A DNA stretch of 64,000 bases from Selaginella moellendorffii (taxonomy: Eukaryota > Plantae > Lycopodiophyta): assembly GCF_000143415.4 (NCBI RefSeq), contig NW_003314261.1, forward strand, positions 5,420,360 to 5,484,359, given 5' to 3'. Position 1 is the stretch's first letter, and each line of letters starts with the position of its first letter. Positions 48,350 to 61,059 of this stretch are shown here, in pieces. Below the pieces are notes generated by a model that was given only the letters and a program-made list of their open reading frames with translations, was not told the origin of the DNA and ran no database searches. The position numbers and the translations under genes were made by a program.

Positions 48350-50290
48350 TGCAATTTGCAATGTTCTTGGGTTAGTCATAGATGAAAGTTGAATTCTTGA
48401 AGCTTGAAGTGATAAAGTATAAGCCACCTTATATGGACACTTTGGGAGGTCCACTACCAGCTCATCAAATTTTGTCATGTTCACCAATAGCACTCTTTTC
48501 CTACTATAGAAGTATAAATGTTAAACCTTTAGGATTGCAATCCACTTGGTGACAAAAGCTGTGGTGAATGGCTAGAAGACCGATGATGTCCAAGATGATA
48601 TGCTACCAATGACTTTGAATTGACTACCACAGCATCCATAATGACAAAATAAGGACTGTCAATTGTTATTAGTATAGGTGTGCACTACAACCACAAATAG
48701 TGCATAGCAAAATGAAAATGAGTTAAAGGAATCTAAAGAAAAAAAAGCAAGAGTGCATAGGGTCATGCTATACCTATGGCCCAGATGGTAGCCCATCTTG
48801 AGGATTAGCCTGGATATATTTGGATGTTGAAGTTCCACTAGATGATAATGTCGATCTTTAGAAGTAATTATGGAATGCTGATGGGGAATTATAAGCTTGC
48901 TAGTGTGGTAGCATTGTTAATTCATCCTATGCAAAAAAACACATGGAAAAAAAATAAGTACCAATGAAAAACTTATCGAGCTAGAGCACTTATTGCTTCA
49001 GGAGGTAGATAGCTAGGTAGTGGCATTTGTACTAATAGATGGAGTTGTGGTAGTTGTAGCGGCTAGTGGAGTAGCGGTAGGTGCAAATGGGCTGGTACCA
49101 ATGGCACTATATAAGCTTGCATAAGCATATCCTGTGATTGGTGTTGGTGGCAACATTGCAAATTGGACAACACCATGGGCCTGAGGCGTGTGGACGTGCT
49201 CATTTTGGATGCTTAGGCTGTTACTTTCCAAAGAAGGCAAGGAGAAAGAAACATGCAAGGGGTTTTGCATGTGTTGCAACATATGCAATGTTAAACAACA
49301 CTCTGCTTTCTCAAATGCAACTAAGAGTTATGGGTGGGATGTTGTTGGAGTTGATGTCCATGTTTTGGAGCCTAGCAAATTGAGTGGTTGGTGCGTGTCC
49401 TATGGGACTGTTAGCTGTATTGACTATAAAACATCAAGTGGTTGGGTTGTTTCCTATATAGTGTCTACTACTGTTAAGCCTGAAAATCATAAAGGATTAG
49501 TTATGTAAACTTAATAAAGCAGAAACTACCCACTGTTGCAACAATGGTGCTCTTGTTTAGGTAGTGGTCCTATGATTAGGGAAGTGTGCGCTAGAAGCCT
49601 TACCTTTGGTTAGATCAATATAACATTGAGTGTAAACCCTAATCCCAAACATGGCAACCCTAAAATTTAGAAAAGTCATTTGAATTTGAAATTTACACTA
49701 AAGAACACTCTAATAGTTTTCTCCAAGTATGGCTAAATATAATTTTTCTAAAGCTCATTGCTTTGCTAGTGTTGTTGTAGGTAAGGCACTCTCAATGTAA
49801 AATGGTAGATCTACACTTGCAACATCAACCATTGCACATTTTATTGTTAGATCTAAATGAAGTAGATACTACTTATCCAAATTGAGTCCCTCCTGATGCA
49901 TCAAGAAAGCCTAGTTATAAACAGTACTAAAAGTTTCTAAGGTAGCTAAGTAGACGGGAATAGATTAAAATAAATTATTCTATTCTTGCTCTAAAGATTA
50001 CCTCTAGTAAAGCTGTATCTTCGACATTGGAAAGAAATGGTTTAGGTATGTTTTCAATATCTTTTCTACCAATAGCTAGCATAATTCTATAGAAGCACAA
50101 TTTAGGAAGAATTTTGTAACATTACCAATATTATTACCCAAGCTTTCATTCTATCGGTTGAAATAAGTTTGCAAGAACATAATGTAGCACACATGGTTTT
50201 TACTCTTTATTCTATGGTGATTTACCATGAAGCAATATCTAAACCCTTTATATGCCATGTGTCACATGCCATGTGTCCATAGAACAGTGG

Positions 50291-50723
50291 TGTGAAACCC
50301 AAGGTTTAGAGCCTTGGGCTATTAAACGAAGGAACGATGCTAAACCCTTAAGCATGGAGCCAAGGAGTGATGGAATCGGACCATGGAGCAACTCTTGAGC
50401 ATATAACCCAAAGGGCGCAGGGACAGGAGCCTGGAGCGACTTGGAACAGTCTTAGAGCAACCAACATCCCAATGCTAGGACTAATATGCAAAACAGAGCC
50501 AAACAAAGTCTAGCACTATTTTAGCATACTGGTGGCCTAACGTGAAGATATGGGTACTCCACCAGCTAGCATGGAATGGAACTTAGGCTTAAACCCAAGC
50601 TAGACACAAAACAAAGACAAACACACAAGTGAGAGCTAAATTATGCCTCAAGTTCGTCAACCATGCCCGACCTACCCACTATCCCTACTATACATTTGGA
50701 ACCCCTCACATCCCCCCCCCCCC
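50291..50723 (-). mobile_element. ~420-bp LTR with adjacent polypurine tract
   Basis: TGTGA (50291)...TCACA (50710) inverted termini followed by a C run (G-rich PPT on the minus strand). No partner LTR or TSD seen. Confidence 0.55.
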
Positions 50724-51569
50724 TTTTAGGAACACACGCTTTGGGCTTTCACCCTAAGCCTCCCTTAGTATCAAGAGTTAGTCTTTGGGAGAAGCTTAAA
50801 ACTTATTAAATATGGAATATCCATTCTCAAGAGGAGCAACTAAATGCAATGGAGAGGGGCATTGATTTTGCTTTTGAACCTGAATAAAATTTTATAATGT
50901 TGTGGAAGAATAAACTTAAAGAAATCTAGATTTAGTGGTATTTTCAATTTCAAATCGAATCGCCATGGTAATATTGTTTACTGATCAAATTAATGATCAA
51001 ATCAACACAATTAAAATAACATAAAAACAACAATACTTTCCCTAGATTGCGAATTTGGACATGGGACGAACACCATTGTGTTCCGAATAATCTTTACATT
51101 CTGTAGATATGCCAAATGAGCAAATCTGGACACTTTCCATAAATAGCATTTGGGATCGAAATGAGATTAACACAAAGGGCATGATAGTGAGGGTGTTTGG
51201 CAGACACAGTAAGCTATCATCTAGTGATATTGAGGGACTAATTTTAATACACGAGGGTTTTTCTCACTAGCAAGTGCAAGATAAAACGAGACGGAAACTC
51301 TTTACTGGGCTAAGTATGCTTAGTTAATAACACGTAGGAATTCTTTAATGGCTATTTTATCCCCATTTATCCCCTAAGGTTCCAAGAATCCATGGTGACA
51401 GTATATCCAAATCTCATCCCATGATCACATGCGCTACACATAAGATGGCCTAAAGTAATCACAACATCGATATGGACAGACCTCATAGAGATTCTAGGGT
51501 GCAACATAGTGCAAAATATCCTTCTTGAGGTATGGAGCAAAGACATAAAATAGACTCTACTTGTGCCAT

Positions 51570-52480
51570 GGATTAAATTCCTATGTCTTCCATAGCCTTG
51601 AAAAGATGTTTATAAAACCATACCACACGCTCAAAAAGCTCTCTCCACAAATGCTCTATGCATTGTAAAATGAAATGAATTTAGCCTTTATTTGGACAAA
51701 ACTCTAACATTGTGAGTACCTAATTACGTGTTAATATCCCATATATGAAGATCCTAGCTGCTAGACCCCAATAGTGGACCATATCCCTCTTGATCTCATT
51801 GTGCTCTAGAGCATTGTTGCTCCAAATGCACTTGAACCTTCTAAATCGATGAACAGCCTACACATATGTATTGAATATTGCATAGGATTCTTTAAAGGTA
51901 GCCAACTCGCAAGCTACAATATAATAAGTTGCCCTGCAAATAATGATATGTGCATAGAAACCATAGATTTTAAATTTACAATATGCTACAATAAATATGT
52001 TATCACATGTGATCACAAAAAGGTAAAAATGAAAGAATACTTATAATCTATATAGCAAAGTGCATATGCCTCTTTGTTCTTGTAAATCTATCATTAAATC
52101 CTTGTTAAGTACCTCTATTGCAGCCTTGTTGTATTATGAGTGACTAAAGCCTCACGAATTTGGTGTCAACTAAACTAATATCCTTCGGTCCAACAATTAG
52201 ATTGAGAATTGATAATACCCTAATTTGTGCCACGTTGGTTCATGGCATTGTTAGTCCGGACATGATGAAGTACCTTTTTAGGTGGTACCTTATAGTATAC
52301 ACCTCTCCAATTTAGATCAACAAGCCATATATATTTGTATAGTGTTGGCTTAGAAATTCTAATATAGCATATAAAGTAAGCAGTAATTTTAGTCTCAAGG
52401 ATCTTCAGGTGCATCCAAGTGCCAAATACGGCCGGACTACCAAATCCTCTAATCGCAAAAAATGATGAAAGCATGTAAAT
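51570..52480 (-). mobile_element. Degenerate integrase-core transposase of the 'HNQRIERLW' (IS3EU-like) type
   Basis: Manual translation AYCKFKIYGFYAHIIICRATYYIV...YV*AVHRFRRFKCIWSNNALEHNEIKRDM...IFIYGILTRN*, a ~57-nt intron-like gap, then CIEHLWRELFERVVWFYKHLFKAMEDIGI. Confidence 0.55.
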
Positions 52481-53765
52481 AAATTAAATCTAAAAGGCTG
52501 AAAACTAACCAAACCTTTGGGGTTGCTATCCACACCTAAAACCACAATTCAAGTCACTAAAATTGGATGGAAAGCCATCCTCCTCCTCTTCCTCCACATT
52601 TTCCAATAAACCTAAAAGGAAAGGTTTCAGTGATACAAATTTGAAGCAAACCTGTATACTTGTAGTGAATCAAAGCCTTTCCAACATTTCCCACAAAAAC
52701 ATTTAAAATCAATCACACTAGATGTGGAAGGTAACTTGGTTTGCTGCCAAGAAACATGAATAACAAGGCATTAAGGCAAGGCACTAAAGCAAAGAAGTGT
52801 CTCCTAAGACATGATGAATCTTTAGGTTATGACATCTATTCACAAAGGTATGTATAACACAATGCTCATATTATAGGGACATCATTCACCATTGGGCTAG
52901 CATCCATGGGATTGACATTTAATGCTAATCCAATAGATAAATGCCATGTGGACACCCTGAAATAGACTGCTGTATTTTCTACTTTTTAGGAATTGTATGC
53001 CATAGTAGCAGAGCTGCACATGCTTTTGTTTTGTTTTCTTTCTCGTGTTCTAACATGTTTCTTGGTGCTGGTTTAGCTTTGGGAAGCTTTCCTCTCTTGT
53101 CTGCACAGCTTTCGAGGTATTCGGCTTTGTTTTCTTTGCTTTCTGCTGCTCCTGTTTGTGGGAGACTAACATCGTAGCTGCTTTGTCCTGCAGATCTTTG
53201 ACTTGGCCTGGACACGCAAGAAAAGGGATCCGAGCGAGAAGCACTGACACGCGATGGGGAAAGGGTCTTGACACACATAATCGCCGTGAGTGTTTGGATC
53301 AAAAGCTCTAGCTAGCGACAGGAGGAGTGGCTCTCACTCGATCAGGACGAACTCAATCAGGAAAGAAGAAAGGAAAGAAGTATAGAGAAGTGATCTGCAA
53401 ACCGGCTGTGGAAACGTGGATCAAAGCTTTGGTTGGCTGGCTGGTTTGGTGGCGAGCGTATTGAAGAATTGGAAGGCGAGAGTGGGATTTTAATGGGTTG
53501 GGTCACTGTTTGGTGGAGGCCTTTTCCAAAAGAAATTCATTCTCGTTTTATGGCTTTGGTTTCGCCCCCATTCTTTTTCTTCTTTATTGAACGCTCGCGA
53601 AGATCTGGGAAGAATGAAAATTTTCATAGCGTGAAGAGCTTTTGTTTATGATTTTGAGCCGTTTGACCGTTTACCGTACGAGTCTTTTGAAGAGAAATTT
53701 ACCGCCAAATTCTCTGTTTTAGGGTTTTTTTTTCTTTCCTAGGGTTCTTGCTTGCGATGGATCAA

Positions 53766-56106
53766 TCATCCAATCCCGCTGCTGGAGTCGTAGAAGGAGG
53801 AGCCGAAGGAGGAGGATCGGGCTCGCTGGATCTCCGAGTGGCCGTGGCCGCGGTGATGGTGGTGATGGTGGAGCGCCGCCGCGGCGAGGACGGGCTTGAC
53901 GTCTGCGTCGACAGAAGAGGTGAGCTGCTGCGGGTGAGCCGGATTGTTGCCGCTGGAGTGGATTGGATTGTTTTCGATGAGCGCCAGCAGCTGGTGCTGG
54001 GTGCCTGGGTGATTCAAGGCCGCGGAGCTTTGCATGCTTTGGTTCAAGCCCAGCCTTCCCAGTTGGTGCTCGGATCTCGCCAGTACGAATTGCTGCTGCT
54101 GCGGGCTGGAGTTCATTTGTAAGCTCGAGGTCTGATCGATGCTTTCCCTGCTAGGTGGTGGTGGCGGTGGCGGCGGCGTGAAAGTTTGCAAAGGTCGAGC
54201 CAGCCATGGAACCGAGTGGTGGTGCTGTTGCTCCACCATAGCTGAGGAGCTGTAGGAGGCGACCGGAGAGGTTTGCTGGTGAGCACTGCTGCCTATCCCG
54301 GCTGACGATAGCGACAGGCTCGGGCCTTGCAGGTACTGCTGGTACACGGATTCTTGCGTCCCTGGAGATTGCCGGGTACTCTGTGCGGAAGATGGTGTCC
54401 GTGAAACCACCGAAAGTACGAGTGCTTGTACGTCGGAGCTGGGAAGCGGTGTTGCTGCTTGCTGCCCGGCTTGGGCCGAGCGCATTAACGAGCTCCTGCT
54501 GCTCGCTGCCGCGAGTTTCTCGTCCATTGTCCCGAAGCTGGGGGACTGCTGCTGCTGGTGGCCTTGCAGCCTGTTTGCTCCTCCTGAGCTGAGACTATCC
54601 CTGTCCGTGAGAGATGCTGTTGGGGAGTTACTTTTGTGGTGGAGCAGCATTGTTGGCTTGTGGTCGCCTTCGATTACTACACAGGCACAAGCACTGGTAC
54701 GTTAGCTATGTTTTCTTTTTCATTCTTTCATTTCTCTCTGTTTTTTAATTCCAGTTATTTGAAAGAGTATAGTATTCTTCGACTTACTTGTGCGTATGTT
54801 TGTAGATTGTTCCTCGGATTTAAATGGCTCCGAGGATATGGTGGCTACGGCACTGTGCTGCGGCTTTCGCCGCCGACGGTTATGGTCGGCGAGTCGCTTT
54901 CTACAGCTTCTTTTCGTGTCGTCAAACTCTGATAAGGGGTGGAACCTGACGAGACAACGAACCAGTAGCAACGTAAGCATGTAGAACCTTTGGGTTTAAG
55001 AAATTCTCTCGCCTTTCCGTTTATGTTGCTACTGGTTTATGTTCCCTCTCTTTTTTTTTTTCTTGTCTGCACAACTAAAGCTTCTCTTTTCATAAATGCA
55101 GATTCTAGCTACAGGCAAAGATCACACGGAGAACATCACAGGGTGAAGATTGTCGATGCAACAAGGAGAGCTGAAGAAGCAACGGTGAGAGAGATACGTA
55201 CCTGCTGCATTGCTGGCAAAACCGTTGAGTCTGTGCATTGGCAATTACGTTGGGTGCTTTCGAGTGTATCTCGCAGACTTTGTGCCGCCGGTGGTAATGC
55301 TTGGCTTTGCTCAAGTCCGCTGCACATCCTTGCACTTGGCACATAGGCGCATGAGTCCCTAGAGCGTTCATGCGGCTCCTTTTCCCCAGTCTAGCCGAGT
55401 CCTCGGCCGAGAAGTACGTCCGTCCTCCCAGATTGAGTCCTATCCTAGCGTGTGGCTCCAGCGAGTACATGTCTTCCCTCTTGACAAAGTCGAGCATGTT
55501 TTTGTGTTCCGCTGACTCCAGCATTTGCATTCCCAAGAATCTCCTCCGCTGGTCGTAGGACCGGAGCTCCGCATTGAGGTCGCTCGGCGGACAGGCTGAT
55601 CCGTGAGCGTAAAATCCCGTTGCCTGTTGCTGTTGCTGCAAGTTTTGTGCTGCTTGGTGATGGTGGTGACTTTGGCTTTGCTGATGGTATCCGTCGCTCA
55701 ATCCCCCGGCGTAGCTTCTCAGGCCCGGGCCAGCGCTGTAGCTCGCAGCAATGGACAAGCCAGGGTGGTGGTGGTGTGCGAGAGCAGTGGCCGAGTAATT
55801 GGCAGCGACATTGTACTGCCTGGCGTTGCAAAGAGCTGTGGCTGTCGGGAGTGCTAAAAGTTGAGGCTTGCGCTCTCCATCTCCAGCTCCTCCGACGAGC
55901 TCCGCTGTAGCTGCTCCTCCTCCCGGATGATTTTGGTGGTGGACGAGTAGCATCTGGCTTTCCCAGTCCCACTCGGGACGAGCTGCTGCTGCTCCCCCTT
56001 GGTGGTGATAAGTCGCACCGCTGTGAGGCGTGGCCGCGTGATCCCAGTTATCTGTTACCCAGCTGGGATCCCCGTGTTGCCCCGAAGGATTTGGAGATGG
56101 ATTCAT
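53766..56106 (-). CDS. SPL8: SBP-box transcription factor, SPL8 clade; exons 56106-55202, 54945-54788, 54676-53766
   Basis: [13 protein letters not shown] motif directly before [29 protein letters not shown]...RFCQQCSR|[27 protein letters not shown], as in SPL8; N-terminal WDWE; no miR156 site seen. Confidence 0.92.
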
Positions 56107-57268
56107 CCCATCAGTCGCTGCAAGCAGGCTTGTCGCCAGGACTATCGAGTGAGTACTTGATATGCTGCTACTTCTATACTAAATACTTCTGCTTGTTACA
56201 GCAGACAGTCCTGTCGGGGAAGAGAATTGGAAAAATCCCAAAGGTGAGGGAGTCTCGGCCGCTGTAAAGCTGTGCACTTACTTCGAATGTGAGCTCGGGC
56301 CTTCGCTTTTGGTGCTCCCTTGCGGCGGCGGTGGCGGCGGCCGTTACCAAGAACACTAGTTGCAAGTAAGTTGCCGGTAGTATGATACTTTGGTCCTCTC
56401 TTCCTCCTGCCCGGGAGAGAGACGCGCTCTTCTCATTCATCGCTTTTGGCCCTTACAGCTGGAAGGAGCCGTCCAATACATGGACTGGCCGGGACAAAGA
56501 TCAAGCAAGCAAGAACAGCTAGACTTCACACACACACGAGAACGAAGTAGGCCCTGAGGCTCAGGATGATACAATAGATATGGCTTCCAAAGCATCGTAC
56601 AAGCAGGAGCAGCAGTAAAAAGAAGGAGTACGATACTCGAACGCGAGCAGTAGTAGCAGTAGCAGGAGGAGGAGCAGCTGTAGCAGCGGCAGTCGCAGCG
56701 CAGCAGGAGAGAAAACGATGATGATGAGGATGATGATGATGATGATGATATCAAGGCCCAAAGAAGAAGTTTCTGCTACTCGAGCTCCCGCAAAGCGTTA
56801 CTCACCTCCACCAAGCAGCACCGGGCCAGGACTACACTCATTTTTTCTCCTCAACAAGAAGAGAGAAGCAGCACAGCAAGCAACGCCGAGCAAAGCAATG
56901 CAAAAGGAGGAGCGGCCGAAAAGAAAAGAAGGAAAAAGGAGTGCTCTTCGCAACGGGAGAAGAAGTAAGTTCTTCGTCTGTTTTTCTCGCCTCTTCTTGA
57001 CTGTGGATCATTCAGGAGCAGGGCTCGCGCTCCTCACATTTTGTCACTCGAGAGCCACCAGCTTATTCGTCGAGAACGAAAGAGCAAACAAGAAGAAGGC
57101 GCGGGAAAGAGCAAAGCAGCCATGGCCAGGAAAAAATGGGAGGAGGCGTCCGAGGAAGAGAAAGAAAAAAGCACGGAGGGGGAGCGGTGCCGCTACTGCG
57201 CCGCGGGGGCCCCAACGGCGGCGCCGCCTGTATGCATGTGTGCATGGCAGGGAGCAGTAAATGCACCG

Positions 57269-57307
57269 GTACGGAGTGAAAAGACGGCAGTACGACCGAG
57301 GGTACGG
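57269..57307 (-). promoter_or_regulatory. Three SBP-type CGTAC sites upstream of SPL8
   Basis: GTACGG (57269), GTACGA (57290), GTACGG (57302), i.e. CCGTAC/TCGTAC on the minus strand. Confidence 0.4.
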
Positions 57308-60104
57308 CGCTCCAGGGGGATGTTATTTTGGGGCACGCAAGTGACGTAAGCTGGGTCTGGGAATGTAAGTGGCTAGGCTGCTTGCTCAAAGCTTTGGCTT
57401 GCATTTTTCTTCGATTTGTTTTTCTTGTTCTTGCTTGATATTTTGTCTTGCCTGTTTTTCTGTTGTCTCAGTGACTAGTAGACTACTACTACTGACTGTA
57501 AGTGTTTTATGTGTTTTGAGGTTGAGCTGGGCTGCTGTGGACTGGAGTGGAGCATTTTGATTGGAAGAGGACTGGTGCTACTTTCAATCCATTCAAGTCT
57601 AGTCTGGTCAGTTGTGTGTTCTTATTTTGCCTGTGTCACTGCTGTGGGCCTGGCCACTGTTCTGCTGCTTCTGCTGCTACTGATTTCTGGCTTGGCTGGC
57701 TGGCGGGCTACTTTTGTGTGTGAGAGTGATCATTTAGTTTTGGGAAACCTGGAGAAGTTGACGGTTTATGTGTTGCTTACTAAACAGGTGTTCCGGCTTA
57801 CAGCAGGGATTAATGCGGGACGACGTTTCATGGAATGTACAGAAAGAGATTTGCGTGGGAGAATGAGGAGGGAGTTTTTGCCTGGGGGAGGAGAGAAAGG
57901 CGGGAGGAGACGAGCGAGGTATGTAATCCATTATTACTGATCGTTTGTTCCTCCTGAGAAGTGGAGGAACGGAGCTCCGTTTGTCTCATTTAATTCTCGG
58001 CCTATGTTTTACTTTCCTTTTCCACAGGGTTCCAGTGTCCTCGCATTCAAATGTTTGTAAGGAAACGAAAGCAAGCAAGCTCAAGGAGCACACGATGTCT
58101 ACAGTCTGTCATTTTTCCATCAGATACGACCATCATGCCGCTTCCCTGAAGGTTTAGATCTCCGCATCGTTGCTCTTATTTTACTCTTGTCATCGCTTTT
58201 ATAGCCAGGAAATTTCGCTTTCTTAGCTAAATTGGCCACTTATTGTCAGGGCCGGGACCGGGATCACTTTCAAACGGATACGTCATCACATACCAAGATC
58301 TCAGACGAGTTAAGAACAGATTGATTGATCCATCTTGGCTTAACTTCGTTTTCCTCTTTTCCTTTCAGCGCAATCGACGTCTTGTCTCGTCAAAAACTTT
58401 AAGCAGTAGTTTGAGGTGAACTCATCATTGTTTGTCGTCTCGCACCAGATCCATCTTTCACAGCAATCCCCTCGGCCACCTCACACCGCATCCCCCGTAA
58501 GTGATTGGAATTTCCCACCAGCTGTGTGCATATAATGGCACGAATTTTTTCCTTCAGGGGGTCCATGCCACACCAAAGCGCTGTCCTGTTCCATCTTTGT
58601 TTCTGCCGGTGCTGCTTCTCGAAACACAAAGCTAAGTAACCGACGGTGATCTTGTTACGCTAAAAAGCAATAATTGGCCACAGGACGTCGGCTGGCTGTG
58701 GATGTTTCTCGGTACTCTCTAGTATCCATCGTGCTGCACTTGGGGGGAGACATACGTATACAGCAACGTATAGTGTAAGTGCGTCCTTTAATCTCTTCTA
58801 CCCCCAATGACTAGGAGAAATGACTAATGCCCCGAGATAATGTTTGTTTGTTTCGCAGTTGCCGTGGAAGTCCTCGTTGATTGATTGAGTCCCTCGCTCA
58901 CGACGGAACGGGAAAGTCCCATTCAAGGAAAGCGACTGTAAAGACATGTGGGTACTCCTGCGGACCTCCACTTTATGCTGCTTCTTTTCCCAGTCGGGAA
59001 GGCGAGCGTGTTTCTTTGTTTTCTCAAGTCCGTGCAAATATATTCTCTAGAATCTCACGCTTCCTTTTCCTGTGCAGCCCCTCTAGAGCTATCCTAGAAA
59101 GCGAGAAGAAGCGAGAAGAAGCGAGACCTTTGCTTCGTGGAGCAAGCAATGGGCGATGGGTGGATAGAGACATCGATCCAATCAATATCGCGAGAAGGAA
59201 TGGCGCATCTCTTCTTGTTCTTCTTCCACAGGAGGAAAAGAGGGGACGTAGCAAGAAAAAGGAAGAAAAGCGGGAGACAGGGTGGTGATTGCGATCATCC
59301 GATATGAAATCGTCCTGTGGGACAAAGAGGCAGCGCAAGGGGAGGTTCCCAAACATGGACAATTTTTGTCGTTCCAGCGCACGACCGATGCTGCGCATTA
59401 TTTCGCGGCCACCAACAACACATATAACTAGATATGCTTCAAAGAACTCAGCAAGGCAAGGAGCCCCCCGCGGGGAGGAAAGGAATAGCAAGGACTTGTT
59501 ACTCGCAGTACGGGGGAGGGTACGGACGTGGATCCTGGGGGGATAATTGGGGAGCTTTAAAAGATTGGAAAGAGCGCAGCACTAGTGTCACACCGGCATA
59601 TCAGTGTTGGGTAGTGGGAAATCTTGGACGCGGAATTAGGTCACGTGCTCGATCGCGGCCGTTGGCAGTCGGCGGCGGAGATCGGCCCACTTGGTGGCCT
59701 GCCCGCCGTCGGTGCTGGGGGGCCATCCGACGGGCGTGGTCGAACTACTTTTCTGTCGTGGACTGCGAGAAAAATGTAGGGTTTGCGACGAAGGAAGCGA
59801 CAGAGGGGAGGGAGAAAGATCGATGCGGCCGCGGCGGGGAGGGCGGGGAATGCGTAGCTGAAAGCTCCCATCGGATCGCTCTTCTTGCGGGGAATTCGGG
59901 TATGTTTTGGCGTTGCGCTCGCTCTCTCAGGCAAGAAATCTCGGTGTCTAGGGTCTTTGTCGCCAGGAATTGGCTCCATGCACGTAGATCTCGCGGGCAA
60001 GCACGGCATGGAGTTGGCGATCCGGCAGCAGCAGCGCGGCAGCCGCGATCAGTGAGAATTTCCCCTCCGGGAGGGGGGCCGGGAGAGCGTTTTCTCTTTG
60101 ATCA

Positions 60105-60774
60105 ATGGACGCTAGCCATCCCGCAGTGTATCCTGTAGGAGTGCCTCCAACAGCCGTCGATCCACCTCCACGAGTGCGCATGAAGGACTACGAGGGAATG
60201 CCCAGTACTTTGGGTGGCCTTGTGCTGCGATCTGGCCAGTTTGCTTGCGCAGTCACGGCCTTGAGCATCATGATCTCCATTCCAGATTTCTCGTCGGTCA
60301 CAGCCTTCTGGTGAGAGAAAGCTCTTTAAGTTTTTGTTTTATGCCTTCCTTGTTCTAAGTGCTGGTCTTTTCTTCCTTTTTGGTTGACAGCTATCTAGTC
60401 GCAGCAATGGCATTGCAATTGTTGTGGAGCGTGAGCCTCGCAGTCGTGGACGGATACGCTCTACTTTTGAGAAGAACTCTCCACAATCCAGTGCTTTTGA
60501 GCCTTCTTGTTATTGGAGACTGGGTAAGCAAATGGAAAATTAGAATCTTTTCATGAGATTGCTTTTTGCGACGATTTGGCAGGTCACCTCCACCCTCAGT
60601 CTCGCAGCTGCGTGCTCCTCGGCCGGTATCACTGTTTTGATCGACAGCGATCTTGCACAGTGCGCTCACAATCACTGTGGAAGGTATGAAGCAGCGGTGG
60701 CCATGGCATTTTTGACTTGGTTCTTGGTCTCGCTCTCGTTCTTCTTTTCGTTTTGGTTGCTCGCAACAAGGTAG
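60105..60774 (+). CDS. CASPL5: CASP-like protein, group 5 (DUF588); exons 60105-60310, 60391-60523, 60583-60774
   Basis: [31 protein letters not shown]|[17 protein letters not shown]|[36 protein letters not shown]. Confidence 0.93.
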
Positions 60775-60783
60775 AGACAAACG

Positions 60784-60834
60784 CAAAAAAAGGACTAAAA
60801 AAGAGAGAGTGAGAGAGAGAGAGAGAGAGAGAGA
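60784..60834. repeat. A-rich and (GA)n tract after CASPL5
   Basis: GA dinucleotide run at ~60803-60833. Confidence 0.85.
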
Positions 60835-61059
60835 ACTCAAAGTTGGCACTCGATGTAAAGACCAGACCACAAAGTGTAAATTGGCTTTTTGTCAAGTAGA
60901 AAAGATTATCCTAACGAAACTTTGAGAACACATTAGCTTGCCGTCTTGTTTGTCCGGAGGACTTCTGCATACAAGAACGAGCTGGTTTTTCCATCGATCA
61001 TGAGCTCAAGACGCCAATGCTCTCGTCTTTGAGCTATGGAACCTACACGTCTCAACTGT

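Larger units (their letters stand above)
48350..53004. mobile_element. CpG-poor nest of decayed transposon sequence between the two duplicate copies
   Basis: Abrupt compositional change at both ends; contains an LTR with PPT and a transposase relic; no intact ORF. Confidence 0.65.

Noticed and set aside
54400-54430. miR156/529 target site in SPL
   Set aside because: ALVLSVVS resembles ALSLLS only as peptide; the DNA does not match GTGCTCTCTCTCTTCTGTCA.
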